Shown here piece after piece: positions 1 to 8,979 of a stretch of DNA of 32,399 nucleotides (position 1 is its first letter; each line of letters begins with the position of its first letter). The notes beneath the pieces are model-generated. The model worked only from the letters and a program-made list of their open reading frames with translations. It had not been told where the DNA came from and ran no database searches. The stretch is from an uncultured Propionivibrio sp. (GTDB taxonomy: Bacteria; Pseudomonadota; Gammaproteobacteria; Burkholderiales; Rhodocyclaceae). The DNA is taken from NCBI GenBank assembly GCA_964448995.1, contig CAYUYI010000001.1, forward strand, positions 1-32,399. The letters run 5' to 3'. The position numbers and the translations under genes were made by a program.

Positions 1-1249
1 AGTAGCGGTGACGTCAATAGTTGCCGGGCCTTGTGCGAAACGACGTCAGCCTTGACGAAGCGCAGATTGGCCATCGACGCGTCGATCAGACTGGCGTTGG
101 CAACGTTGGCTTGGCGCATGACAACATAAAGACGGGGGTTCATCAGCCGAGCGCGCGTAACGGTTGCCAGATTGACGGCGTCACTGTCGGTTCCAACCAC
201 GAGCCCCACTGCCCGCTCGATCCCGGCCTGGACCAGATCGGCTCCCGATTTCCCCTGTAATCCCAACGGGCTTGGATCCCCTTGGCGAGCGACGTCAACG
301 CTGACGACAGAGCAACTGGCGCCAGCCTGTTCCAACGCCGCCACAAGATACGAGGAGAAACTTCCCGAACCACAGACAATCCAGTGCCCCTTCGGCAAAT
401 TCAGTGGTTCCGGACGCCAGCCGCCAGGTAGCCCCGAAAGCCATTCGATGACCCGCAGTTTTTCGGCCGAGCCCATGTCGAGCCGGATGTTGGCGGCGAA
501 TGATTCGAAGGGATTGATCAGTTCAATGTTACGGAACGATTCCAGATTCGCGCGAGCAATCGGCGTATGCACGCGGGCGACGATGCGTAACGAGGGATTC
601 AGCACGGTGCCGCCAATAGCGACCGACTGGTTGGTATCGTCATCCCCCGCCAGCGCTACCAGCGCCACGCAACGACGGTGCGTTACGCCTGCGTCGACCA
701 AGACATCGGGCAGGCGCGCATCCCCAGCAAGGAAAAGCGGACTGTGTTCAAACTCTTCGATTTCGATGCGGGCAGCCCGTTCGTTGCGCTGCTCGACAAT
801 CACCATGCGCCGCCCCATCCGATCCAGCATGCGCGCCAGGGAAATACCGCTTTGTCCATAGCCGGCGATCAGGACAAACGGCTCCTGCATCGCCTGGACG
901 CGAACGGCAAACCGCCGCCGGGCAATAGCATTGCGGAAAGTCTGGTCCTGCGACAGATGGAAGATGCTGCCGAGGGCATAAGCCCAAGAAACGACGGAAA
1001 GATAGATGCAGACAACAATCCACACCCGTTGGGGATCGGTGAATTCTTCGGAATTTCGCCGAAGCCGATGGTGGTCGCGGTATAGCTGACGATATAGAGG
1101 GCGTGGAAGAATCCGAGATGAACGACGTTACCTTCTTTGTCGAGCCCGGGAATGAGCACCAGTCCCCACACCGAGATTGCGTAGGCAATGATCAGAACGA
1201 TCAGCGGGCGGCGCAGGCGCCGCAGGATGACAAAGATGACTTCGTTCAT
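1..1249 (-). pseudogene. Potassium channel protein (2 TM + pore, two RCK/TrkA-N domains); frameshifted near 1047-1048 (mutation or sequencing error); 3' end runs off the window
   Basis: ORF from 1249 gives MNEVIFVILRRLRRPLIVL...YTATTIGFGEIP (K+ filter TTIGFG). Manual translation in a shifted frame from 1046 gives EFTDPQRVWIVVCIYLSVVSWAYALGSIF...FVLIAGYGQSG...HWIVCGSGSFS...GTDSDAVNL, open to position 1. Confidence 0.8.
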
Positions 1250-1261
1250 GCCGGCCCCCGA

Positions 1262-1645
1262 TCAACGGGTCTGGCGAAGCGTTTCGCTGATCAGGAGTAT
1301 GACCGAAATCAGATTGGCAACAAGTGCGCCACCACTGAGGGAGACGATGGTCGACATCGTCTCGCCGTTCATCACCAACTGCTGGATGTTGACGTGCCAC
1401 ATCCAGACGAAGGAGGCCGCCAGCAACTGCAGCATGGCCACCAAGCTCGTCGCCAGATGCGTCGCACCGATGTGCGTCCGGTCGCCGAACTTCATCACCA
1501 GCGCGATGAGATTGACTACCACGGCAGCAAACAGGTGTCCGGCATCGTGCACCTTGACGTTGTCGATGTCGCCGATGAAGAAGCCAAAGTTCAACGTACA
1601 GGCCAGAATGACGAAAAACCCGAAAATCACTTTTTCAAGATTCAT
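1262..1645 (-). CDS. Small multi-TM membrane protein, DUF6394-like
   Basis: 127 aa hydrophobic ORF (MNLEKVIFGFF..LNFGFFIGDID..KFGDRT..LATSLVA), GGAGG RBS, 12 bp upstream of the K+ channel gene. Family recalled from sequence resemblance. Confidence 0.75.
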   Translation of the reverse strand: MNLEKVIFGFFVILACTLNFGFFIGDIDNVKVHDAGHLFAAVVVNLIALVMKFGDRTHIGATHLATSLVAMLQLLAASFVWMWHVNIQQLVMNGETMSTIVSLSGGALVANLISVILLISETLRQTR

Positions 1646-1727
1646 GTTTCCCCTCCCTTCGTGATCCGTCTTGGCGAAGCCCCCCGGTTTGGCAACGATC
1701 CATCAGCTGAGCAAAAGCGATCGGATG

Positions 1728-2990
1728 CTACTGTCCGGCCCCATCATTCCGGCGCCCCAGATTCAGGCCAAGTTGCTTCAGCTTGCGATAGAGATGCGTC
1801 CGCTCAAGGCCGGTACGGTCCGCGACACGAGTCATGTTGCCACGCTCGTTTTTCAGGTGATGCTCGAAATAGAGACGTTCGAAAGCCTCACGGGCCTCGC
1901 GCAAGGGCTGGTCGAAAAGCGGCAGGGCGGGCGGCGACGCCGGCTCATCAGCCGTATCGCGTTGCAGCAGATTCTCCACTTCATCCAGGGTGATTTCATC
2001 CTCCAACGCCGCCAGTGCCAGATTCTTGATGGCGGCCAACAACTCACCCCATTCACCCGACCATCGGTGCAGACGCAAAGCGTTGAGCGCGCCACTGGAA
2101 AGGCGACGTGCAGGAACCTCGTTACGCTCAACCAGATGGGCCAGCACCAGCGCAGCAATTTCGGGCACTTCATCGGCGTGACTGGAAATCTGCGGCAACG
2201 CCAGCCAGACTTCGCCGAGACGGGCGATCAGCGACGGCTCCCAGCCCAATTCGGTGAGCGCTGAAAGCGGCCGCGTTGTCGCCGCAACCAGCTGCAAATG
2301 GTATTTTTCGAGCCGCTCGAGCGCAAAGACCAGGTTTTTCTGCTGCAACTTGCCCAGCAATGCCAGATCGGAGACGAAGAGGATGCCGCCCGCCGCATTT
2401 TCCAGCATTTCCTGGCTCAGCGGGGCGCTTGATACGGACAGGTCAAGCCACGGCGTCTTCGGCGTATGCAGCGTACGAGCGCAGATTTCGGCAATACTTC
2501 CAGAGGCGCTTTTCAGCAACAGCACCGGCGTCTTTGCGGCAGCCTGTTCAAGCCGCTTCTTCAGATCCTTGAGCAATGGCGAGCGCGCGAATGCATCCAA
2601 GGTCAGCGGTGGTTTTTGCGGTGAGACGTCTCGCTTGAGCGCCTTCTTGACGGTCGCCAGCAATTTCTGCAGGGCAATCGGCTTTTCCAGAAAATCGACG
2701 GCGCCAACGCGCGTCGCCTCGACTGCCGAATCAATCGTGCCATGCCCGGACATCATCACCACTGGCATGGTCAACAAACCAGCCGCAGACCATTCCTTAA
2801 GCAAGGATATGCCATCAGTATCAGGCATCCAGATATCGAGCAGAACAAGATCAGGGCGTCGTTCGGCACGCTGACGCCGCGCGGCGCCAGCGTTTTCGGC
2901 CAACGACACGCTGTGCCCCTCGTCGGCCAGAATCTCCGAGAGCAGCTCGCGAATGCCCATTTCATCATCGACGACCAGTATCTGTGCCAT
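1728..2990 (-). CDS. ntrX: NtrX-like response regulator (receiver, degenerate AAA+, Fis-type HTH)
   Basis: ILVVDDE, LLDIWMPD, MSGHG, EKP receiver motifs; C-terminal GLERTHLYRKLK HTH; downstream of an NtrY-like kinase. Confidence 0.88.
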   Translation of the reverse strand: MAQILVVDDEMGIRELLSEILADEGHSVSLAENAGAARRQRAERRPDLVLLDIWMPDTDGISLLKEWSAAGLLTMPVVMMSGHGTIDSAVEATRVGAVDFLEKPIALQKLLATVKKALKRDVSPQKPPLTLDAFARSPLLKDLKKRLEQAAAKTPVLLLKSASGSIAEICARTLHTPKTPWLDLSVSSAPLSQEMLENAAGGILFVSDLALLGKLQQKNLVFALERLEKYHLQLVAATTRPLSALTELGWEPSLIARLGEVWLALPQISSHADEVPEIAALVLAHLVERNEVPARRLSSGALNALRLHRWSGEWGELLAAIKNLALAALEDEITLDEVENLLQRDTADEPASPPALPLFDQPLREAREAFERLYFEHHLKNERGNMTRVADRTGLERTHLYRKLKQLGLNLGRRNDGAGQ

Positions 2991-2993
2991 AGT

Positions 2994-5147
2994 TTAGTTC
3001 TCTGCAGTCTCAATCAGGTTTTCGTCCGGCGTTTCCGGGAGCGGCGCCAATGGCAATCGGATGGCGACTTCCGCCCCCGCCGGCTGGCGATTATTGATGC
3101 GGATCTGGCCATCGTGTTCATCAACGATTTTCTTGACAATGGCCAACCCCAATCCCGTGCCACGCGCCTTGGTGGTGACGTATGGCTCGAAAACTCTCGC
3201 CATTATCTCCGGCGGAAAGCCGGTTCCGCAATCACGGACCGCTAGTTCGGCCATGCCATCGACACAGCGAGTCAGGACGCCAATTTCTTGGTGCACCATG
3301 CCTTCCTGTGCGTCCTCGGCGTTGCGCAACAGGTTGTGGATGATCTGGCGAAGCTGTGAGGCGTCGCCGCACACGGGTGGCAGGGTCGTATCGAGCATCA
3401 GATCGATCTGCGCCGACGAAGTTTCATAGAGTCCGAGTACCTCGCGTATCAACGCGTTCAGGTCGAGGGCGGAGAGTGCCGGAGGCGGCAGTCGCGCGTA
3501 GTCGGAAAACTCGTTGACCATGCGTTTCATGGCCTGAACCTGATTGATGATCGTTTGCGTCGAGCGGTCGAACATCTCGGCATCACCATTTTTGAGCTTG
3601 CCTGCCAGCTTGAGCTGCAATCGCTCAGCCGAGAGCTGAATCGGCGTCAGCGGATTCTTGATTTCGTGCGCCAGGCGTCGGGCCACTTCGCCCCAGGCCG
3701 CGCTGCGTTGAGCGGCGACCAGACGAGTGACATCGTCGAACACCACGACATAGCCCCCACCACTATCTTCTGGCAATTGCGTACCGCGCAAATGCAGTAT
3801 TTGCGGCAGACCGCCACTACGATCGAGCTCGATCTGCGCTTGCCACTCCTTGCGTCCGTGCTCAGCGAACGCATCGCGGATCGCTTGTCCCAGGGCCAAC
3901 TGGCGCGGCCAGGCGTCGACTAGTTGGGCAAACAGGTCTTCCAGATCGTCTTCCAGAATGGTCTGTGCGCCTTGATTGACGGTACGCAACAGAAATTGAG
4001 AATCAAAGACGAGCACACCGGCCGACAGATTGGCGAGAATCGACTCGAGGTAAGCCCGCGCCGATTCGACCTCGGCCCGGTGCCGCTCGGTGTCGCGCCG
4101 AGCCTCGTTAAGCTGGCGGGTCATCTGGTTGAACGACTGGGTCAGCACCCCCAGTTCGTCACGGCTATAGATCGCCTGTCGTGGCGTGAAGTCGCCGGAC
4201 GCCACAGCCTGGGTGCCCTCGGCCAAAATTGACAGCGGCGCCGACAAGCGACGTGCCAGCAGGAACGCGGTAGCGATCGCCGTGAACAACGCCAACAGCA
4301 CGGTCAACGTCAGCGTCATGGCGTAGATACGCGTCAACCCCTCGCGTCCCAGCGAGAGCTCCTGATAGTCTCGATAGACTTCCTGAACGCGTTCGGCATT
4401 GCTGGCCAGGCCCACAGGAACGCTTTGCGTCACCTGCAGGATGCGCGTTTCAGATCCGAGACCCGCGGAAATAACCGGAACATAGGAGCGCAGCACCAGG
4501 CCGCTGCCGTTCGATGCGTCGATTTCGCTGTGCGAGCGACCACCGCGCACACGACTGACGAGTTCGGCAGACGGCTGGATCGGCAACGGTGCCGAAAGCT
4601 CACTGGTTGCGGTCGCCAGCAACTGACCGTTCGCTGCATACAGCGCTGCCGACTGGACAGCGGCTTGTTCACGCAGTCGACTCAGCGCAAGACGTGGCGA
4701 TGCCTCGACCGAGTCGCTTAAGTCAAGCGCCATATTGCGAGCTTTCTCGGTAAGATCGCTGCGCAGCGAGTCAAGTGCTTCGCGCCCGAGGTTGAGACCA
4801 GACTCCAACGCCTTCTCGACGCGCACGTCGAACCAGGTCTCAATGCTCTTGGTGACGAACTGTACCGACACCCCGTAGATGAGCACGCCGGGCAAGACCG
4901 CCATCAGGCCAAACATCAACATCAGGCGTAACTTCAGCCGAGAACCGAACACCTTCGCGTGGTGCTCTTGCCATAAATCTCGCACCTGCCAGACAATCAG
5001 CACGAACAGTGACAGCGCGACAATCGCGTTGAGGCCGAGGAGCCACGGATAATGATGGGCGAAGAGGGCCGTGTTGGCACTGGCCGAAGCGAGCAAGAAC
5101 AGCAGAATGCCGCCAAACGATGCCGCAACGATGATCAGCTTTTTCAT
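2994..5147 (-). CDS. ntrY: NtrY-like sensor histidine kinase (TM, HAMP, PAS, HisKA, HATPase)
   Basis: H-box AWGEVARRLAHEIKNPLTPIQLSAERL, N-box NLLRNA, G boxes DCGTG and GTGLGL, HAMP DELGVLTQSFNQM. Confidence 0.9.
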   Translation of the reverse strand: MKKLIIVAASFGGILLFLLASASANTALFAHHYPWLLGLNAIVALSLFVLIVWQVRDLWQEHHAKVFGSRLKLRLMLMFGLMAVLPGVLIYGVSVQFVTKSIETWFDVRVEKALESGLNLGREALDSLRSDLTEKARNMALDLSDSVEASPRLALSRLREQAAVQSAALYAANGQLLATATSELSAPLPIQPSAELVSRVRGGRSHSEIDASNGSGLVLRSYVPVISAGLGSETRILQVTQSVPVGLASNAERVQEVYRDYQELSLGREGLTRIYAMTLTLTVLLALFTAIATAFLLARRLSAPLSILAEGTQAVASGDFTPRQAIYSRDELGVLTQSFNQMTRQLNEARRDTERHRAEVESARAYLESILANLSAGVLVFDSQFLLRTVNQGAQTILEDDLEDLFAQLVDAWPRQLALGQAIRDAFAEHGRKEWQAQIELDRSGGLPQILHLRGTQLPEDSGGGYVVVFDDVTRLVAAQRSAAWGEVARRLAHEIKNPLTPIQLSAERLQLKLAGKLKNGDAEMFDRSTQTIINQVQAMKRMVNEFSDYARLPPPALSALDLNALIREVLGLYETSSAQIDLMLDTTLPPVCGDASQLRQIIHNLLRNAEDAQEGMVHQEIGVLTRCVDGMAELAVRDCGTGFPPEIMARVFEPYVTTKARGTGLGLAIVKKIVDEHDGQIRINNRQPAGAEVAIRLPLAPLPETPDENLIETAEN

Positions 5148-5755
5148 CGGGGATCTCCCGCAGTCGCAGGAACGGCTGCATCAACCGGCGAAAACAGCCA
5201 ACGTTGCCAATCAGAGCTCAGACTCCAGTCGCGACTGGATAGCGCGCTGACCTGAAATGTCTTCGGCAATTGAGACAGATCCAGCCGCATGCGCAACCCG
5301 GCCTGGTACGTTTGGCCGGCATGTACCTCGCCCTTTTCGATCACTATCCATTGCCGCAAGCGCGCCATCACGCGCAAAGCTTCGTCAAGGGTGGTGTACC
5401 CCTGATGCAGCGAACCCGTGGACAGGCGGTACTGGCGCGTCAGCGCATGATAGGACAATTGAATCGTTCGGCTGCGCCGGACGACCAGCTCGTCAAACCA
5501 ATACCAGCGGGATCGGGTCAACTCGAAATCCACGACGAAATAGAAAACCACTCCTTTGCTGATCACTTCCTCGAGACGCGTATTGAAATTGACATTGAAG
5601 TCGGCAGACAGCACGTAGCCATCGTCGCTCGTCTCAAGCTGGGGATTACGCAGGCTTATGTCAGCGGCGACAGCACCGCCGATGCCAAGCAGCAGGACGA
5701 TGGCTAGCAGGACCCAGCTAGCCAGCCTTGACCAGCAGCGCATAATAGAAACCAT
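5144..5755 (-). CDS. DUF4390 domain exported protein
   Basis: Signal-like N-terminus, RWYWFD and LSYHALTRQY, LDLSQLPKTFQV motifs; usual position between rsmB and ntrY. Start chosen at ATG 5755 (5743 possible) rather than the ORF-track 5953. Confidence 0.82.
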   Translation of the reverse strand: MVSIMRCWSRLASWVLLAIVLLLGIGGAVAADISLRNPQLETSDDGYVLSADFNVNFNTRLEEVISKGVVFYFVVDFELTRSRWYWFDELVVRRSRTIQLSYHALTRQYRLSTGSLHQGYTTLDEALRVMARLRQWIVIEKGEVHAGQTYQAGLRMRLDLSQLPKTFQVSALSSRDWSLSSDWQRWLFSPVDAAVPATAGDPR

Positions 5756-7061
5756 CGTTGTCGACGCCGGGCAGCCACTGTTCTTCGGAAACCCGTCGCG
5801 CGTCCGGCTGGCGTACGAGGAATGCATCAATCTGCGCATCGTTCTCCTCGACAAACACTGAACAGGTCGCATACAGCAGATGCCCGCCCCGGTTGAGCAA
5901 CGGCCAGAGCGCATCGAGAATGCCCGCCTGGGTAGACGCGAATTTGCGCACATCGCTTTCCCGCCGCAACCATTTGATGTCTGGGTGACGCCTTACCACG
6001 CCAGAAGCGGAGCAGGGCACATCGGCCAAGATCGCGTCGAACGGTCGCCCGTCCCACCAACCCGATGGTTTGGCTGCATCGCCAATCTTTATGGTCGCCG
6101 AAAGGTTCAAACGACGCAGATTGTCCTCGATCCGCTGCGCGCGAACGACGTCGATGTCCAACGCGAGCAAATCAATCTCGGCGCCCTCCAAAAGCTGAGC
6201 CGTTTTGCCCCCCGGCGCTGCGCAGGCGTCGAGTACGCGCATGCCGCTTGCCGGCGCCAGCAGCTCGGCCGCGCGCTGGGCGCCGATGTCTTGCACCGAC
6301 ACCAGTCCGTCACGAAAACCGGGCAAGGTGTCGACCGGTACCGCCCGCTCGAGCCGGATGCCGATCTCCCCCACGGCAACCCCAGTCAACCCGGCCTCCG
6401 TCAGCAAATCCAGATAACCGGCAACAGAATTTCGGCGCCGATTAACTCGCAAGCTCATCGGCGGGGGGGCATTATCGGCGGAAACAATCGCCTCCCATCG
6501 CTGTGGCCAGCGACGGCGCAAACGATCGAGCCACCAGCGCGGATGTTGATACCGCGCCACATCATCCTGAACAATCGCTGCCAGCAGCGCTTCGCGCTGC
6601 CGCAGAAAACTTCGCAGCACGCCATTGACCAGTCCCTTGAAAACACCACCCGCCAATTCGCCTGCCGCCTGAACGGCCTGATCAACAATGGTATGTGGCG
6701 CCTCGGGGCGCGTTTCGAGTCGATAGAGCGCGGCCAACAGGAGCGCCTGCGTTTCTGCATGCGTCAGCGGCTTGTGCATCAAACGGCCCAGAACAAACGT
6801 ACCGCGGCCAAACTGACGCAATACACCATAAACCACATCCTGCGCCGCAGCACGCGCCCCCGGCGGCTCCCGATCCAGCGCTCCTGCCACCTCAGCCAGG
6901 CTTTTACCTCCCAGAACTGCTGCCAGCAGACGAGCGGCCAACAGCAAGCTGTGACCAAGCGAATCAGGTGCCAGCGATTCGGCAATCACAGCGTGATTAA
7001 TGCTTTTAGCATCAGGTCGTGTGGATTTTATCACACGCGTTTTTTTCGCGGTAGTGGGCAC
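5718..7061 (-). CDS. rsmB: 16S rRNA m5C967 methyltransferase RsmB/Sun
   Basis: NusB-like N-terminus (GLVNGVLRSFLR), DACAAPGGKT, DVPCSASG, YATCS. Start uncertain (GTG 7061 or TTG 7088). Confidence 0.92.
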   Translation of the reverse strand: MPTTAKKTRVIKSTRPDAKSINHAVIAESLAPDSLGHSLLLAARLLAAVLGGKSLAEVAGALDREPPGARAAAQDVVYGVLRQFGRGTFVLGRLMHKPLTHAETQALLLAALYRLETRPEAPHTIVDQAVQAAGELAGGVFKGLVNGVLRSFLRQREALLAAIVQDDVARYQHPRWWLDRLRRRWPQRWEAIVSADNAPPPMSLRVNRRRNSVAGYLDLLTEAGLTGVAVGEIGIRLERAVPVDTLPGFRDGLVSVQDIGAQRAAELLAPASGMRVLDACAAPGGKTAQLLEGAEIDLLALDIDVVRAQRIEDNLRRLNLSATIKIGDAAKPSGWWDGRPFDAILADVPCSASGVVRRHPDIKWLRRESDVRKFASTQAGILDALWPLLNRGGHLLYATCSVFVEENDAQIDAFLVRQPDARRVSEEQWLPGVDNDGFYYALLVKAG

Positions 7062-7101
7062 GGTGAGGGGTGACTCGACGCAGGGCAATCTTGGGATTAG
7101 A

Positions 7102-7110
7102 AGTTTAGCA
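7102..7110 (-). promoter_or_regulatory. Putative extended -10 promoter for the rsmB operon
   Basis: Minus strand reads TG-C-TAAACT in the divergent rsmB/CDF spacer. Confidence 0.4.
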
Positions 7111-7154
7111 TGGTGCCGGTGGCACACTGGCGGTTAAACCGTCATAATTCCCCG

Positions 7155-8054
7155 ATGAACGCCACCTCCATCAAGCGCTATGCTTGGCTGTCCATCGCTA
7201 CGGCCATCGCTACCATCCTGCTCAAGGCGGCAGCCTGGCGGATGACGGGCTCGATTGGTCTCCTTTCTGACGCGCTCGAATCGATTGTCAATCTGGCCGG
7301 TGCGATGATGGCCCTGGCGATGATCTCCCTCGCCGAACAACCCGCCGATGAGCGCCATGCTTATGGTCATGGCAAGGCCGAGTATTTTTCTGCAGGGTTC
7401 GAGGGGCTGTTGATTCTGATTGCTGCGCTGGCAATCGGTTTTACTGCGGTTGAGCGCCTGTTCGATCCGCATCCACTGGAGCGCGTCGGTATCGGCCTCG
7501 CTGTTTCGGTCGTCGCTTCGTTGCTCAATCTGTTGACGGCACGGGTACTGTTATCGGCAGGGAAGAAGTATCGTTCGCTCACGCTTGAGGCCGACGCTCA
7601 TCATTTGCTGACCGACGTATGGACATCAGTTGGCGTCATCGGCGCAGTGGCCGCCGTCACAATCACCGACTGGCTGTGGCTTGACCCGCTGATTGCGTTG
7701 CTCGTGGCGGTCAATATCGTGTGGACCGGGACCCGATTGCTCTTGCGCGCGGGGCGTGGCTTGATGGATAACGTGCTACCCGACGAAGAACACACCAAAG
7801 TCGTCGCCGTGCTGGAAAATTACCGGCGGGAAGGCATCGACTTCCATGCGCTGCGCACGCGGGAGTCGGGCACACGCCGTTTCGTCGAAGTGCACGTCTT
7901 GGTTCCTGGGCGTTGGACGGTGCAACGCGGTCACGAGTACGTCGAGCAATTGGAAGCAGATATTCGGGCTGTACTGCCGCAATCGACGGTACTCACCCAT
8001 CTGGAACCTATTGAGGATCCTGCATCACTGGAGGACATTTCGCTTGACCGCTAG
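7155..8054 (+). CDS. Cation diffusion facilitator (CDF) metal exporter
   Basis: SIGLLSDALESIVN, PADERHAYGHGKAEY, ADAHHLLTD, DPLIA, C-terminal THLEP. Start at ATG 7155. Confidence 0.92.
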   Translation: MNATSIKRYAWLSIATAIATILLKAAAWRMTGSIGLLSDALESIVNLAGAMMALAMISLAEQPADERHAYGHGKAEYFSAGFEGLLILIAALAIGFTAVERLFDPHPLERVGIGLAVSVVASLLNLLTARVLLSAGKKYRSLTLEADAHHLLTDVWTSVGVIGAVAAVTITDWLWLDPLIALLVAVNIVWTGTRLLLRAGRGLMDNVLPDEEHTKVVAVLENYRREGIDFHALRTRESGTRRFVEVHVLVPGRWTVQRGHEYVEQLEADIRAVLPQSTVLTHLEPIEDPASLEDISLDR

Positions 8055-8979
8055 ATCACATCTGTTCGCCGCACTGTTCGCTACACTCGGCTGCGCCGCA
8101 CTACCGGCGATGGCCTGGAATGCCACCGGACATCGACTGGTGGCCGGGCTGGCGTGGGAAGTCATGACGCCATCTGCGCGCGCCGAGGCGGGGCGGCTGC
8201 TGCGCGCCCACCCCGACACCGATCGCTGGCAGAAACGGGCGCCTGAAGACAACTTCGACCGACACCTTTTTCTGGCTGCCTCAACCTGGCCAGATGAGAT
8301 CCGCAAGGACAAGCGTTTCTACACGGCCGATGAGGAAGAGCCGACGCCTTTGCTTCCTGGATTTCCGCACATGCGCCGCCATTCCGAATGGCACTATGAG
8401 GCCCGCCCGCTCGAAGCCGTTCGCTGGAGCGCGCCGAACCTGCCAAAGCGCATCGGACAGGTCGGCGAGGGGCTTGCACAGACAGCGCAAGTTTTGGGTA
8501 ACCGCAAAGCGAATGACGTCGATCGGCACTACGCCTTGCCCTGGCTGATCCACCTCGCCGGGGATTCGCACCAGCCGCTTCATCTCAGCCTGCGCCTTGA
8601 TGCGTCAGGTCGCTGGGACAAGCTGGGCTCCAATGTCTTGGTCAATGTACCAACAGCACAAAAATCAAAGACAACACTGCATGCCTTCTGGGATGATCTG
8701 GGCGGCCCGTCGGGATTGCGCGGAGGATCATTCGACACCGAGATACAACAACTGATGGCCCGGTATCCGGTAAAAAAAATGAATACGAATGTGTCGTTCG
8801 AGCAATGGCTTGACCAAAGCTGGCGGCTTGCCCGCCAGTTTGGCTATCCAGAAAATCCGGATGACAGTCCGACGCTCTCCGAGGCCTTCCGCACGCAAAG
8901 CCAGGAAGTTGCCAGGAAACGCATCGCCGAAGCCGGCTACCGTCTCGGCGTACTGCTCAATCAGCTGTTCGGGCGGTAA
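8044..8979 (+). CDS. Secreted S1/P1 nuclease family protein
   Basis: Signal peptide ending AMA|WNATGH (N-terminal Trp/His Zn ligands), WPD, WHY, HLAGDSHQPLH, LHAFWD, AGYRL. Start inferred at TTG 8044, overlapping the CDF stop. Confidence 0.85.
   Translation: MTARSHLFAALFATLGCAALPAMAWNATGHRLVAGLAWEVMTPSARAEAGRLLRAHPDTDRWQKRAPEDNFDRHLFLAASTWPDEIRKDKRFYTADEEEPTPLLPGFPHMRRHSEWHYEARPLEAVRWSAPNLPKRIGQVGEGLAQTAQVLGNRKANDVDRHYALPWLIHLAGDSHQPLHLSLRLDASGRWDKLGSNVLVNVPTAQKSKTTLHAFWDDLGGPSGLRGGSFDTEIQQLMARYPVKKMNTNVSFEQWLDQSWRLARQFGYPENPDDSPTLSEAFRTQSQEVARKRIAEAGYRLGVLLNQLFGR

Noticed and set aside
869-1249. 126-aa ORF as a complete protein
   Set aside because: The part after GFGEIP is out-of-frame sequence; the channel continues in another frame.
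172-1993. Plus-strand ORFs of 229, 135, 296 and 158 aa
   Set aside because: They are antisense shadows of the K+ channel, DUF6394-like and ntrX genes, with no recognisable motifs. Such shadows are expected in GC-rich coding DNA.
5880-7073. 397-aa plus-strand ORF
   Set aside because: It lies antisense to rsmB and has no motif support.
7120-7135. TGGCAC as a sigma54 -24 element
   Set aside because: There is no TTGC at the -12 position.
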